A program made the position numbers and the translations under genes. 64,000 bases of DNA from assembly GCA_964460795.1 (NCBI GenBank), contig CAYWRU010000001.1, positions 19,116-83,115 on the forward strand, written 5' to 3'. Shown in pieces: positions 8,877 through 17,228 of this stretch (positions are counted from its first letter, which is position 1; every line of letters starts with the position of its first letter). Source of the stretch: an uncultured bacterium. GTDB lineage: Bacteria; Omnitrophota; Omnitrophia; Omnitrophales; Aquincolibacteriaceae. The notes under the pieces were generated by a model. That model ran no database searches and was not told where the DNA came from. It saw only the letters and a list, made by a program, of their open reading frames with translations.

Positions 8877-9086
8877 TCACCAGTCTACGGGTACGGTGAT
8901 CCCTTCACGCCAATACCCACTGTCGGGATCGGCGGCACGCGCGGCGAATTCAGCCTTTGCCGCTGTTCGATCTTCGGCTTCGCAGCTATCCACTGCGTAA
9001 GCCACGCTGTCATCGGCATTCGGCCGGCTGCTCCACACTTCCATGGCGCAACCGTCGATCTCAACTAGGTAGTAGGTCTTACTCAT
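8877..9086 (-). CDS. hypothetical protein (69 aa)
   Basis: ATG at 9086 gives an ATGAGTAA overlap with the upstream stop. The track ORF starts at 9107. Confidence 0.5.
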   Translation of the reverse strand: MSKTYYLVEIDGCAMEVWSSRPNADDSVAYAVDSCEAEDRTAAKAEFAARAADPDSGYWREGITVPVDW

Positions 9087-9474
9087 GGCCCACACTCCTA
9101 GCGTCACGCATTGCAGCGTGAGCTTGATCCAAGGCTTGAATTATACTCAGCTCCCAATCGGAGATCTGCTTCCAAGTCATTCCTTGAATATCGAGCAGCT
9201 TCGGTCCGCGCCCTCTGTAGAAGCGCATCACGACGCGTACCCAATGCCGGCCCATCACCTGCGCGAACAGACAATCGATCATAGATCGATAGCTGCGCGC
9301 GGCGTGGCGAAAACCAGGGACGTACTTTAACGCCTTCTGGTATTCGGTTTCACGGAGCAATTCCTCGACATGAGGAAAGATGGTCTCGGTAGCGCCACCG
9401 AAGACCAGCAGCTGACGTTGCTGCAATACCGGAGCTTGAACAAGGCACAAGCTCATGCCGAAGCCTAGACCCAT
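9079..9474 (-). CDS. hypothetical protein (131 aa)
   Basis: Start moved to the ATG at 9474, with AGGAG upstream. The track's N-terminal extension to 9525 is encoded by a terminator hairpin. Confidence 0.5.
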   Translation of the reverse strand: MGLGFGMSLCLVQAPVLQQRQLLVFGGATETIFPHVEELLRETEYQKALKYVPGFRHAARSYRSMIDCLFAQVMGRHWVRVVMRFYRGRGPKLLDIQGMTWKQISDWELSIIQALDQAHAAMRDARSVGHE

Positions 9475-9503
9475 ATGGATCTGATCTCCTGGTCTGTGTG
9501 TCT

Positions 9504-9541
9504 GTGAAAAGAGCCTGCCCGGCACAGACTACCGGGCAGGC
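9504..9541 (-). terminator. candidate rho-independent terminator
   Basis: 10-bp stem GCCTGCCCGG/CCGGGCAGGC. On the minus strand it is followed by CTCTTTTCAC, a short T run. Confidence 0.5.
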
Positions 9542-9649
9542 CCCAATCAACGTGCCGTCCAAGACGGCCCGCGACGAACCGGCCGGTTCATCGCGTGTAA
9601 TCGAGAGATATGAGCCTCTCAAGTACTTTACCGCAATTCGCGGTAATAT

Positions 9650-11122
9650 TTAGCTGCCGTGAGTGCGGCTGGCGATGCTGTCACGCAAGCTCTGCGTTTG
9701 CTGCATGTACTCGTCATATGCCGAGTCCAGTTTACCGCGCAGGCCGCTAAGGTTGACTTGGCCTGCGCCGGCTAAAGCAGGGCGGCTGCCGTGCGAGCCT
9801 ACCATGGAACCAAGACCGGCTCCAAGAATGTCGCCGAGACCAAGTCGACTGAACAGCCTACGGCCTGCTAAGGTCTTGGCGCCTGCCACGCCGAGCAAGC
9901 TGCCGGCCAATCCGCTTAGACCTTCGCTTGTAGATGTTTCACCGCGCGTTAGGCCTTCAATAGGTTTGACGCCTCCGTGGATAAACCCACCGATACCGGG
10001 AACCGCGGCCAGTAGATCTTTGCGATCAAATGATTCCTTTTCCTGCGAAACCGGTTCAGCGTACAGCGGCGACGGTTGCGACTCGTACATCTTACGACGA
10101 CGGGCGCTTTGCGCACGGCGCAGAAGTTCCGACTCTTGACGCTTCTTGAAGTGGTTGTAAACCAGCGCAGCCGTAATGGCTCCGCTTCCAAGGGCACCTA
10201 CGCCGTATGCACCTGTAAGAGCACCGGCGGCGTTTGTGTACGTAGTGGGATCGATGGCCGCGGACGCTAGTTCCGAAAAGCCGGCTGTTTTCTCAAGGGC
10301 GCAGAATTGGTCGTATAGGCGATCAAGCTCTACAGCCGCCGACGAATCGGAAGCAGTTTTGCCTTTGTTCTTGTACTCGTTCATCAGCGCCTGTTCGTAT
10401 TCCGTCTGAGCGCTCTCTAGCTCGCCTTCAAGCTCGGCCTTGCGCCGGGAGTCCAGCAGCTTGTCCGCCACCTTCCAGCCGCCGTAGAGGCCTCCCAGGC
10501 CCGCTGCAAGGCCCGCGGGGATAGCCCAGGGGATTCCGGCCGGGGTCACAGCCTGATCGCCCTGCAGGAAGCTCCCAGGGCCTAATAGGCCACCTTCCTT
10601 ATTCAGCCCGCCCACGAGCGCGCCGATACCGCCTCCGGCGCCAGCGCCGTATTGGGCACCTTCTACACCGAAGCGCTTAATTGCCTGATTGCGCATCTGG
10701 CGAATCGCTTTGTCGCCAAAGATGCCCTTGAAGAAATTCATAACGGATGGCCGGGTGCTGTATAGTCCTCGAAGCAATCCAGCCATTCCGCCCAAGCCTG
10801 CGCCCACGCCAAGGCCGACTGCGCCGCCTGTGAGTGTGCGGCCAATAAGTCCTTGGTCCTCAGCCGTCTTGGCCGGAATCGGAATTTGCATGGAGACAGG
10901 GGCGGATGCCGGCCGCTTTTGCTTCTTAATGTTTCGGCGGTAAAGGCCGTGAAGAGCCGATACGCCGCGAGCCGCAGCCCCTACTCCGGCGAGGCCAAGG
11001 CCGGCAAGGCCGAGGCGACGAAGCGTATTCATTTGCATCTGGCGAGCCGTAGCCAATTGAACGGCATCTTCCAGGGAACCAACCTCAATGGCGGCGGATT
11101 TGAGTAGCGACATGCAAAACAT
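9650..11122 (-). CDS. glycine-zipper-rich membrane-associated protein (490 aa)
   Basis: Repeated small-xxx-small hydrophobic segments (GLAGLGLAGVGAAARG, GGAVGLGVGAGLGGMAGLL, GAGAGGGIGALVGG, AGLAAGLGGLYGG) and a charged coiled-coil middle. Confidence 0.6.
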   Translation of the reverse strand: MFCMSLLKSAAIEVGSLEDAVQLATARQMQMNTLRRLGLAGLGLAGVGAAARGVSALHGLYRRNIKKQKRPASAPVSMQIPIPAKTAEDQGLIGRTLTGGAVGLGVGAGLGGMAGLLRGLYSTRPSVMNFFKGIFGDKAIRQMRNQAIKRFGVEGAQYGAGAGGGIGALVGGLNKEGGLLGPGSFLQGDQAVTPAGIPWAIPAGLAAGLGGLYGGWKVADKLLDSRRKAELEGELESAQTEYEQALMNEYKNKGKTASDSSAAVELDRLYDQFCALEKTAGFSELASAAIDPTTYTNAAGALTGAYGVGALGSGAITAALVYNHFKKRQESELLRRAQSARRRKMYESQPSPLYAEPVSQEKESFDRKDLLAAVPGIGGFIHGGVKPIEGLTRGETSTSEGLSGLAGSLLGVAGAKTLAGRRLFSRLGLGDILGAGLGSMVGSHGSRPALAGAGQVNLSGLRGKLDSAYDEYMQQTQSLRDSIASRTHGS

Positions 11123-11204
11123 CCTTGTTTATCGGGACCGGTGCTCGTGACAGCCTAGCAAATATGAGACGGCTAGGAGTAGAGCAGCTACGGCGTAGTA
11201 CAAG

Positions 11205-11315
11205 CTAGAGGTTATCACTGCTGTGATGTTTCTTAAAAACGTACGCTGCTACCAGGGCGATCTGGATAAGCAGTCCAAGTCCAAGCCATAAGAACGGTGT
11301 AAGCGGACCGATCAT
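11205..11315 (-). CDS. small membrane peptide (36 aa)
   Basis: Found manually, below the track cut-off. The ATG is 1 nt after the upstream stop. Sequence MIGPLTPFLWLGLGLLIQIALVAAYVFKKHH. Confidence 0.35.
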   Translation of the reverse strand: MIGPLTPFLWLGLGLLIQIALVAAYVFKKHHSSDNL

Positions 11316-11316
11316 G

Positions 11317-11682
11317 TTAGTCTCCGTTGGGGCCATTTAGCCGGCTTTGGGGGATTTCCATGTGCGGTTCGAGCCATTCGATGTAGACCACCCAGTTCTT
11401 CTTTTCGCGTATAAACTGTCGCTCTACGAACAAGATCTTGTACCACTTGTTGGCGGCACGATCCAGGATTTGCTTGTATACGGCGCGCTGTTCCGGCACT
11501 GATAAGTCGAACGTATCAACCTGAGCATCGTTAACGCGCTCTGCAAGCGCCTCGTACTGGTCTTCCTTGAGGACTACTGCCTTAGGCCCGCGGAACGGTG
11601 CTCCGTCAGTCTTAGCCCGACCCCAAAAGATCTTATCTTGACCCTCACCGCCAATGTCTAGGTATTTGAGGAACGAACCCAT
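11317..11682 (-). CDS. hypothetical protein (121 aa)
   Basis: Track ORF, 1-nt gap to the upstream gene. No motif recognised. Confidence 0.55.
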   Translation of the reverse strand: MGSFLKYLDIGGEGQDKIFWGRAKTDGAPFRGPKAVVLKEDQYEALAERVNDAQVDTFDLSVPEQRAVYKQILDRAANKWYKILFVERQFIREKKNWVVYIEWLEPHMEIPQSRLNGPNGD

Positions 11683-11683
11683 A

Positions 11684-12112
11684 TTAAATCAATGGACGAC
11701 CACGACGCACATTCTGGTTCTTGGAAGCATGCAAAGACGCCGCCATACGAGCACGTTGAGCCAGACGCTTGTGTTCGTCAATTAGCTCCTTGAGTTTTGT
11801 TTCTTCGACGTCTTCATCGTTAACGTCGGTGAGAGCTGCGGCGCCATAACCAAGCCCGGCGCCTGCGGCAATCGGAAGACCAAGAGCCAAGCCCGTGCCT
11901 AGCCCAGTGGTCGTGTGGTAGAGGTTGTCCAGGATGCCGGCGCGCTTGGTGGCCGTAGCGTCCCATAGTGTGCTTGCCGTAGCGCCCTTAACGGCATTAG
12001 TAAGTTCAGCCTGGGCTTGTTTTACGGCCGCAAGAGTTTCGGCCATGTCAAAGCCCTTATCGGCGCAGCCGGCCAAAAAGGCGGCTTTGAAAGTCTCACG
12101 TCGAGTCAGCAT
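11684..12112 (-). CDS. glycine-zipper protein (142 aa)
   Basis: Contains GLGTGLALGLPIAAGAGLGYGAAAL flanked by helical charged regions. Confidence 0.55.
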   Translation of the reverse strand: MLTRRETFKAAFLAGCADKGFDMAETLAAVKQAQAELTNAVKGATASTLWDATATKRAGILDNLYHTTTGLGTGLALGLPIAAGAGLGYGAAALTDVNDEDVEETKLKELIDEHKRLAQRARMAASLHASKNQNVRRGRPLI

Positions 12113-12133
12113 CCTTGCTCTCCTTCTATCGGC

Positions 12134-12538
12134 CTAAGCCGGAAATTCACTCATCCGCTTAGTAGAAGCTTTTGGAATGTTCATGCCAACGCTGATCTGC
12201 TGCGGCAGCCGGCGGATACGGTCCTTAATCATGCTCGGATCGTCGTAAGAACCCTGCTCTCGGGCCTGCCGGATCACTGCGGGAGCTTTCTCGCAGAATT
12301 CCAGGTCCGATTCCAGATATGGCAGGAATTTGTATTCCGGCGTGTTTCTTTTACTATTCCCAAGACGCAGGCGTTTGCCGTTGAAGTCGGAGATAGCCGC
12401 CACACGCTCGGCAGCCACCCGCCAGTGCATGGCCTCGTAGTAGCCGGTCTTTACGTCCTCAACATGCACTAAGCCGTTCTCGGCCCACACTTTGATGTGC
12501 CGCAGGTTCAGTACGTTGTGTTGCCCTAGTATGTACAT
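12134..12538 (-). CDS. hypothetical protein (134 aa)
   Basis: Track ORF. Its start overlaps the upstream stop by 1 nt. Confidence 0.55.
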   Translation of the reverse strand: MYILGQHNVLNLRHIKVWAENGLVHVEDVKTGYYEAMHWRVAAERVAAISDFNGKRLRLGNSKRNTPEYKFLPYLESDLEFCEKAPAVIRQAREQGSYDDPSMIKDRIRRLPQQISVGMNIPKASTKRMSEFPA

Positions 12539-12729
12539 TACTTGCTCTCGTCCTTTTGGATGTACGGCCGCAGTAGCGAAATAGCCAAGTCACTCAGCTC
12601 TGCGTTGGGTAGGTTGACCGGGTCTGCGGCCGATTGCAGCATGTTTGTAACTTGCTGAATCGTCATGTGGCGCCGCATAAGCTCGGCTGTGACGCACAGA
12701 AGCAATTCCTCGGGCTCGAACTTAAACAC
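12538..12729 (-). CDS. hypothetical protein (63 aa)
   Basis: Track ORF, abutting both neighbours. Confidence 0.5.
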   Translation of the reverse strand: MFKFEPEELLLCVTAELMRRHMTIQQVTNMLQSAADPVNLPNAELSDLAISLLRPYIQKDESK

Positions 12730-12984
12730 TTAGTCGCCTCCGCAGTAATAGCCATATGAATCGTACTTACCTTGTCCGGCCCGACGCAAGCTTTGGTCTT
12801 TGACCGGGTAGAACGGAAGGCCCATGCTCGTTATACGCCACCACTTATCGGTGTCGTCGATGCGCACATAAGCGCCGGGCTCCAGCCCCTCCTGTACGGG
12901 GCACACAAACTGAGTAGTCAGGTCATCACGCTTTACGGACAGCTTGACGTGAAGCTCACGTCGTTCGCCTACATCAAAACACAT
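12730..12984 (-). CDS. hypothetical protein (84 aa)
   Basis: Track ORF. A copy of the palindromic element ends 1 nt before its ATG. Confidence 0.5.
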   Translation of the reverse strand: MCFDVGERRELHVKLSVKRDDLTTQFVCPVQEGLEPGAYVRIDDTDKWWRITSMGLPFYPVKDQSLRRAGQGKYDSYGYYCGGD

Positions 12985-12985
12985 A

Positions 12986-13003
12986 TTGCACGCGCGTTCA
13001 CAA
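12986..13003 (-). repeat. palindromic element copy (TGAACGCGCGTGCAAT on minus strand)
   Basis: The plus strand reads ttgcacgcgcgttcacaa. Abuts the start codon of 12730..12984. Confidence 0.7.
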
Positions 13004-13039
13004 AGTAGCGGTTAGTCTTACACCAGTGTACACGAAATG

Positions 13040-13067
13040 AAAAAAGCCGGCCCATTTAGGACCGGCT
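13040..13067 (-). terminator. rho-independent terminator
   Basis: Minus strand: AGCCGG-tcctaaatggg-CCGGCT followed by TTTTTTC. Lies downstream of 13085..13384. Confidence 0.65.
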
Positions 13068-13084
13068 TTGTGCAGCGCACGGCG

Positions 13085-13384
13085 TTACCCGGCGACCTTA
13101 AGCCGCTCGATACGCCGTTGCTCGACGGGCAGCTTCTTGTAGTCGTCGGTAGACAGGACTTTCTTTTGCTCTTCGCTACGTGTGTCATTCACGTACTTGA
13201 TGGCGGCGTTGAGGCCGGCGGTGATGAGCGGCAGGATGGCCAGACCGAGCGGGCTGGTGATGGCGATGCTCGGAATGACGGACTGCACTACGAACGTGAG
13301 AGCGGCGGCTAGCGCCACTAGACTAGTGTCCTTGAGAATCTTGATCAGATCGGACTTAGTCAATTGGAACGGAAAACTACCCAT
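13085..13384 (-). CDS. small two-helix membrane protein (99 aa), holin-like topology
   Basis: Hydrophobic stretches LVALAAALTFVVQSVIPSIAI and LGLAILPLITAGLNAAI, then a charged tail. Called on topology only. Confidence 0.5.
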   Translation of the reverse strand: MGSFPFQLTKSDLIKILKDTSLVALAAALTFVVQSVIPSIAITSPLGLAILPLITAGLNAAIKYVNDTRSEEQKKVLSTDDYKKLPVEQRRIERLKVAG

Positions 13385-13550
13385 GCTTCTTATCCTTTGC
13401 CTTGGAACGGAGTTCGCCTTCCATTCTAGCTGCTACCTTTAGCATTTCAATGAAGGCGGCTTTTTGATCAGGAGACGCTACTTTCTTAAGCCCGGCCTGT
13501 ACGGCACGCGCCACTCTATCAAGCGTTTCGTATGCTTCGTTTTCTAACAT
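13377..13550 (-). CDS. small helical protein (57 aa)
   Basis: Found manually. The ATG at 13550 is 2 nt after the TAGCTATCAG box. The stop overlaps the next ATG (ATGGGTAG). Confidence 0.45.
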   Translation of the reverse strand: MLENEAYETLDRVARAVQAGLKKVASPDQKAAFIEMLKVAARMEGELRSKAKDKKHG

Positions 13551-13552
13551 GG

Positions 13553-13600
13553 CTGATAGCTAAGAAAAAGCGATGGCGGGGCCGAAGCCCCAACCATCGC
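13553..13600 (-). terminator. rho-independent terminator followed by conserved TAGCTATCAG box
   Basis: Minus strand: GCGATGGttGGGGCttcgGCCCCgCCATCGC, then TTTTTCTTAGCTATCAG. Confidence 0.75.
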
Positions 13601-13636
13601 AGTATAGCCGGCGAGTGCGCACTTGTCAGCTACTAA

Positions 13637-14290
13637 CTACGGCGTCTCGTCTAAGACGGTCGGATTAGCACGAAAGCGACTATGCGGCAGCAGGTGCTGG
13701 ATTGCCCGCATAGGCGCGAATATGTGCTTTCCGGTCAACCACGGCAACTTACTCCACTGTGGAAGCTGGAAGAAGTTGATGCCGCCTACGTCCTTTTCAA
13801 TCGTACCCGCAGCTATCGCTACGAGTGCGTAGAAAACCTTGTCATGATAACAAGCGTCTACCATCTCCAGGCGTGTGAGGCCGAAGAAGTTTACAACGAC
13901 GTCGGGCTTAAGCGAGGCCGGCAACTTACGTGGAAACGTAAGCGTATCTTCCGTATACACGCCGAGAGAGAAATCCCACAGCAGCGGCTCTCTTCGAGTC
14001 GGCTCCTGCGGGAGGTTACTCCTCAGCGCGAAATGCATGGCGTTGAGCAAATGCTTTGCCTCAAGGAATGCATCGCCGGCGTACCTCGGAAAGAAATCAA
14101 GAACTTCGAAGGTGCTGTTTTCGAACGTCTTTGATGCTCGGAGCACGTATCGGCGATACGGTCTCCGCGGCATGTCTACCTTGGACGGAACCAAGGCGGT
14201 TTGATCGGGCTTGGCGAACAAGCCCTTGAAGCCGGTGACGACCGAGGCCATGACGGCCGTCACGGTCTCGATAAAGGAACGGCGATTCAA
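13637..14290 (-). CDS. Tat-signal protein (217 aa)
   Basis: N-terminus MNRRSFIETVTAVMASVVTGFKGLFA contains the twin-arginine consensus (RRxF followed by a hydrophobic stretch). Confidence 0.6.
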   Translation of the reverse strand: MNRRSFIETVTAVMASVVTGFKGLFAKPDQTALVPSKVDMPRRPYRRYVLRASKTFENSTFEVLDFFPRYAGDAFLEAKHLLNAMHFALRSNLPQEPTRREPLLWDFSLGVYTEDTLTFPRKLPASLKPDVVVNFFGLTRLEMVDACYHDKVFYALVAIAAGTIEKDVGGINFFQLPQWSKLPWLTGKHIFAPMRAIQHLLPHSRFRANPTVLDETP

Positions 14291-14291
14291 G

Positions 14292-14858
14292 CTAATCTCC
14301 TCGACCCAAAAGGCCCAATATGCCGGCTGCTCCGAGCATGCCGCGCTTAGTGGGCTCCAAGATGACAGGCTGACCGCGCTCCATGAGAATCACGGACACG
14401 CAGTTGCAGACCCAGTGAACTTCTCCCTCGTACGCCCTGTACCAGCTAAGGTCAGGGTCGTGCTCATTGCGCGCTTTAACGAACGCAAGGTTAGCCGATT
14501 CAAATAAGAGCTTTAATTCCTCCGGCGTCTTCCCACGGCAGGCTTCAAAACCCATCACAGCCCCATGTACCAACCGAGCGTAACACGGCTCCGGATATTC
14601 GCGTTTTACGACTTGAATACCGCGGTCGATTACGCGCTCCTGAAATTCCGCTAGGTCCAACTGCTTTGCCTCCATTCCCAGGTGTTTAAGAGCGACGTAC
14701 ATGTTGCTCTGTGGATTTGCATAAGCGGCTACGTAGGGCCTAACCCTGCATGCCGCCATTGCTTCGAACGTATCGTTCACGCACTCGATCACGAACTTCG
14801 ATACCCGTTGGCACAGATAGAACGGCCACAGCATCGCAAACAGGCATATGCGGACCAT
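14292..14858 (-). CDS. hypothetical protein (188 aa)
   Basis: Track ORF with a hydrophobic N-terminus. No motif recognised. Confidence 0.55.
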   Translation of the reverse strand: MVRICLFAMLWPFYLCQRVSKFVIECVNDTFEAMAACRVRPYVAAYANPQSNMYVALKHLGMEAKQLDLAEFQERVIDRGIQVVKREYPEPCYARLVHGAVMGFEACRGKTPEELKLLFESANLAFVKARNEHDPDLSWYRAYEGEVHWVCNCVSVILMERGQPVILEPTKRGMLGAAGILGLLGRGD

Positions 14859-14875
14859 GGCCGCGCTCTCCTTAG

Positions 14876-15355
14876 CTAGGCTTCGAATTCAACTCCACAC
14901 GTACGATTGATGTCGGACGGCCCTTCAACCAGGCTGATCAGATCATCGCGACCAAACTTGAGGTAGGTCGCCCAGAACTGACCGAGCCACAGGGTTGTTT
15001 CCGTCTCCAGCTTCGTCCACTTGAGCACACGAGTTTTACTCACAGGCTCTTTGGCGAAACGGAAGCCGGCCATCAGCCCCTTCATGCGGATGTACGGCCC
15101 GAACATGCGCGTAGACGTAAACGTCCGCATTTCAATGTCCTTGGCGTACGCTTCAGGGCTTTTACCGTCCACGGCGCAGGCGGTGGACACGATGCCGTAA
15201 CGCGGATCTTCGAACTCCATGACGAAGTTCAGAACCCCGCCTACGCCTTCAGGCAACTGGAGCTTAGGCCCCAGCGCTTGAACACTTTTAACACCGGCAA
15301 CACTGAACAAGGCCGTCGAGCCGGTGACGATGGCCATAAACTCACGCCGATCCAT
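14876..15355 (-). CDS. Tat-signal protein (159 aa)
   Basis: Start moved to the ATG at 15355, with GGAG 9 nt upstream. N-terminus MDRREFMAIVTGSTALFSVAGVKSVQA. Confidence 0.6.
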   Translation of the reverse strand: MDRREFMAIVTGSTALFSVAGVKSVQALGPKLQLPEGVGGVLNFVMEFEDPRYGIVSTACAVDGKSPEAYAKDIEMRTFTSTRMFGPYIRMKGLMAGFRFAKEPVSKTRVLKWTKLETETTLWLGQFWATYLKFGRDDLISLVEGPSDINRTCGVEFEA

Positions 15356-15383
15356 AGCGCCAATCTCCAACAGGGTTAAGTAA

Positions 15384-15866
15384 CTAAAGGCGAACAATCC
15401 CGCCGGTTCCGTTGATCATCTTCATGCAATTGTCGAAACCGGTCAGGCTAAACTGGTGCAGAAACCACTCGCAGGTAAACGGGACGCGGTCTTCGCCTTC
15501 CCACTTGGCCAGGTAATTGAAGATGCGCTCGACATGCTCCGTTTTGCCGCAGTAAGCAAGCGTTACGGCAAGCAACGGCGCTTGAGGATGCATGACCTTG
15601 GTGAAGCTGAGAACACGCGCGCACATCTCGATGGCCAACATCTTGGGATTTGGTCCCCAGATGCCGTCGGACAGTTTGCGCCAGTCATACAAGCCGCCGG
15701 CGCCGGAGATGGTGATACTGAAGCTCGCATCAGGCTCGCCCAACGGATTGTGCTTTTGGTTCTCCGGCTTCTCCACGGGGCCGTACGCATTAAGCACGGC
15801 AGGAGTCAATGCGCCCGAACCGGCAAGCGCTGCGATAAACGTACGACGATCCACGGTAACCTCCAT
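15384..15866 (-). CDS. Tat-signal protein (160 aa)
   Basis: N-terminus MEVTVDRRTFIAALAGSGALTPAVLNA. Confidence 0.6.
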   Translation of the reverse strand: MEVTVDRRTFIAALAGSGALTPAVLNAYGPVEKPENQKHNPLGEPDASFSITISGAGGLYDWRKLSDGIWGPNPKMLAIEMCARVLSFTKVMHPQAPLLAVTLAYCGKTEHVERIFNYLAKWEGEDRVPFTCEWFLHQFSLTGFDNCMKMINGTGGIVRL

Positions 15867-15880
15867 GAAAAGAAAGCTGA

Positions 15881-16189
15881 CTAGATAACTACGAGCGGCA
15901 CAGAAAGCCGTGTAGGAAATGTGTGCCCGTTAACGCACACAGAGTTACCGTCAAGTCGGCGCTCGGTGCTTTCGATATCGCCGGCACAGTGCGGACAGAC
16001 CCGCTTCTTAGCGGTATCGTCTTTGAGACGGGCGTCTTCCGGCTCTTTCGGAGTTTTCGCATCAAGAGACTTAAGACTGTGCTCTACGAAGCGAATAATG
16101 ACTTCTTGCGGAGTCATGGACAACATAACCGCCACCAAACCGATCTTGTCGTCGGTCTGGTCGGAGAACTCTACACAAATTATGCCCAA
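15881..16189 (-). CDS. zinc-ribbon protein (102 aa)
   Basis: TTG start. C-terminal CPHCAGD...CVNGH. A palindromic element lies upstream. Confidence 0.5.
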   Translation of the reverse strand: MGIICVEFSDQTDDKIGLVAVMLSMTPQEVIIRFVEHSLKSLDAKTPKEPEDARLKDDTAKKRVCPHCAGDIESTERRLDGNSVCVNGHTFPTRLSVPLVVI

Positions 16190-16213
16190 GGCTGCACCTG
16201 TTGGTTATAAGGA

Positions 16214-16231
16214 TTGCGAACGCGCGTTCAC
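16214..16231 (-). repeat. palindromic element copy
   Basis: The plus strand reads ttgcgaacgcgcgttcac. Lies directly after the stop of 16231..16416 and about 25 nt upstream of the next start. Confidence 0.7.
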
Positions 16232-16416
16232 TAAGTTGTTAAGTCTTTCTTTTCCTTTCGTAGAGAACGGAACATCGGCATTACGGACTGATGCTGCAGT
16301 TCCACCTCGATCTGGATGGTTTGCGTCGGCTCAGGTTTTCGGTCAGCCTGATAACAGATGTAGAAGAGCGCTGATACCCATGCCAGCGCTATGGACCCGA
16401 TTACGAAATCCTTCAC
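16231..16416 (-). CDS. small membrane protein (61 aa)
   Basis: One TM segment (VIGSIALAWVSALFYICY). ATGA-type overlap with the upstream gene. Confidence 0.5.
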   Translation of the reverse strand: MKDFVIGSIALAWVSALFYICYQADRKPEPTQTIQIEVELQHQSVMPMFRSLRKEKKDLTT

Positions 16417-16754
16417 TTAGTCCCTCCTTGTTTGGCCGGCTCAAGATACGCCGGATCAATGTTTGCCTGCGTGAGAATGCGCCGAAGTTGCGCCGTCATC
16501 GTTTCACAATCGCTATACGCTTGAAGTAGAGCGACCTTGGACTGGTTGTCGGCGATCTCTTTACGAACAGCCAGTTCGTTGCGCAGCTTGGCGATTTCGG
16601 CCATCTGCTCCGCGTGCTGTTGATCCAGTTTGACGTACAGGCCGTGGATCTTTTGATGGATGATCTCGTCAAGCGATTGGTAGCCGGCGCCGGCGCATGT
16701 GACTAGCAAGGCAACGACGGAGAGGAATCCGACGAAGAGGACGGTGGATCGCAT
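16413..16754 (-). CDS. N-terminally anchored coiled-coil protein (113 aa), spanin-like topology
   Basis: Strong SD (AAGGAG, 8 nt, ATG). N-terminus MRSTVLFVGFLSVVALLVTCAG, then a heptad-like helix. Confidence 0.55.
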   Translation of the reverse strand: MRSTVLFVGFLSVVALLVTCAGAGYQSLDEIIHQKIHGLYVKLDQQHAEQMAEIAKLRNELAVRKEIADNQSKVALLQAYSDCETMTAQLRRILTQANIDPAYLEPAKQGGTK

Positions 16755-16996
16755 TCTTGTTTCTCCTTGGGTAACGTGGAATGAAGTTCAGATTCGAACG
16801 TGTCTTCGGTAAAAGCTCGGGCAAATATCTCCCATGACAAGTGGTAAGTGATCGGCTTTTCGCAGTGCCGGCACGGTTTGACGACCGACCTAATCTCTAG
16901 AAACGGTACAACTACGCCGGCGCTGGGATAGTTGTTGATCTTGCCGCAGTACGGACAGGGGCAGTTGTAGTGATTGCCTTGCGTGTGGTTAGGCAT
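16703..16996 (-). CDS. zinc-finger protein (97 aa)
   Basis: CPCPYCGK...CRHCEKP. Overlaps the next gene by 52 nt. Confidence 0.5.
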   Translation of the reverse strand: MPNHTQGNHYNCPCPYCGKINNYPSAGVVVPFLEIRSVVKPCRHCEKPITYHLSWEIFARAFTEDTFESELHSTLPKEKQECDPPSSSSDSSPSLPC

Positions 16997-17013
16997 AATG
17001 GGCCTTGGTTTCG

Positions 17014-17049
17014 CATAGATAAAGAAAAAGGACGGCCTAAATGGCCGTC
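17014..17049 (-). terminator. rho-independent terminator with degenerate box
   Basis: Minus strand: GACGGCC-attta-GGCCGTC, then CTTTTTCTTTATCTATG. Confidence 0.65.
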
Positions 17050-17228
17050 CTTACTCACTTACTGTACCGCACTTGGTGGCCGTATTTAGCCGCCTAGTCG
17101 GTTTTCACGTACTGCCATGTACCCATGAAGTAGACGAACGTGACTCGTGTTGATCCGCCAAACGGATCAGTGTAGCTGAACTCTTGCCCTTCCTTGGGAT
17201 TCTCAGGCCATTGGATTTCGTCCACAGC

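Noticed and set aside
9475-9525. Track N-terminal extension of the 9079 ORF (MPGRLFSQTHRPGDQIH).
   Set aside because: It is encoded by the 10-bp-stem hairpin at 9513-9541 and its T run. The ATG at 9474 is preceded by AGGAG.
17094-17225. Very small ORFs in gaps: 43 aa here with a GTG start, 31 aa at 57397..57492 with AAGGAG upstream, and 24-25 aa frames at about 21990-22073 and 53015-53100.
   Set aside because: They are too short to support from sequence alone, so they are not listed as features.
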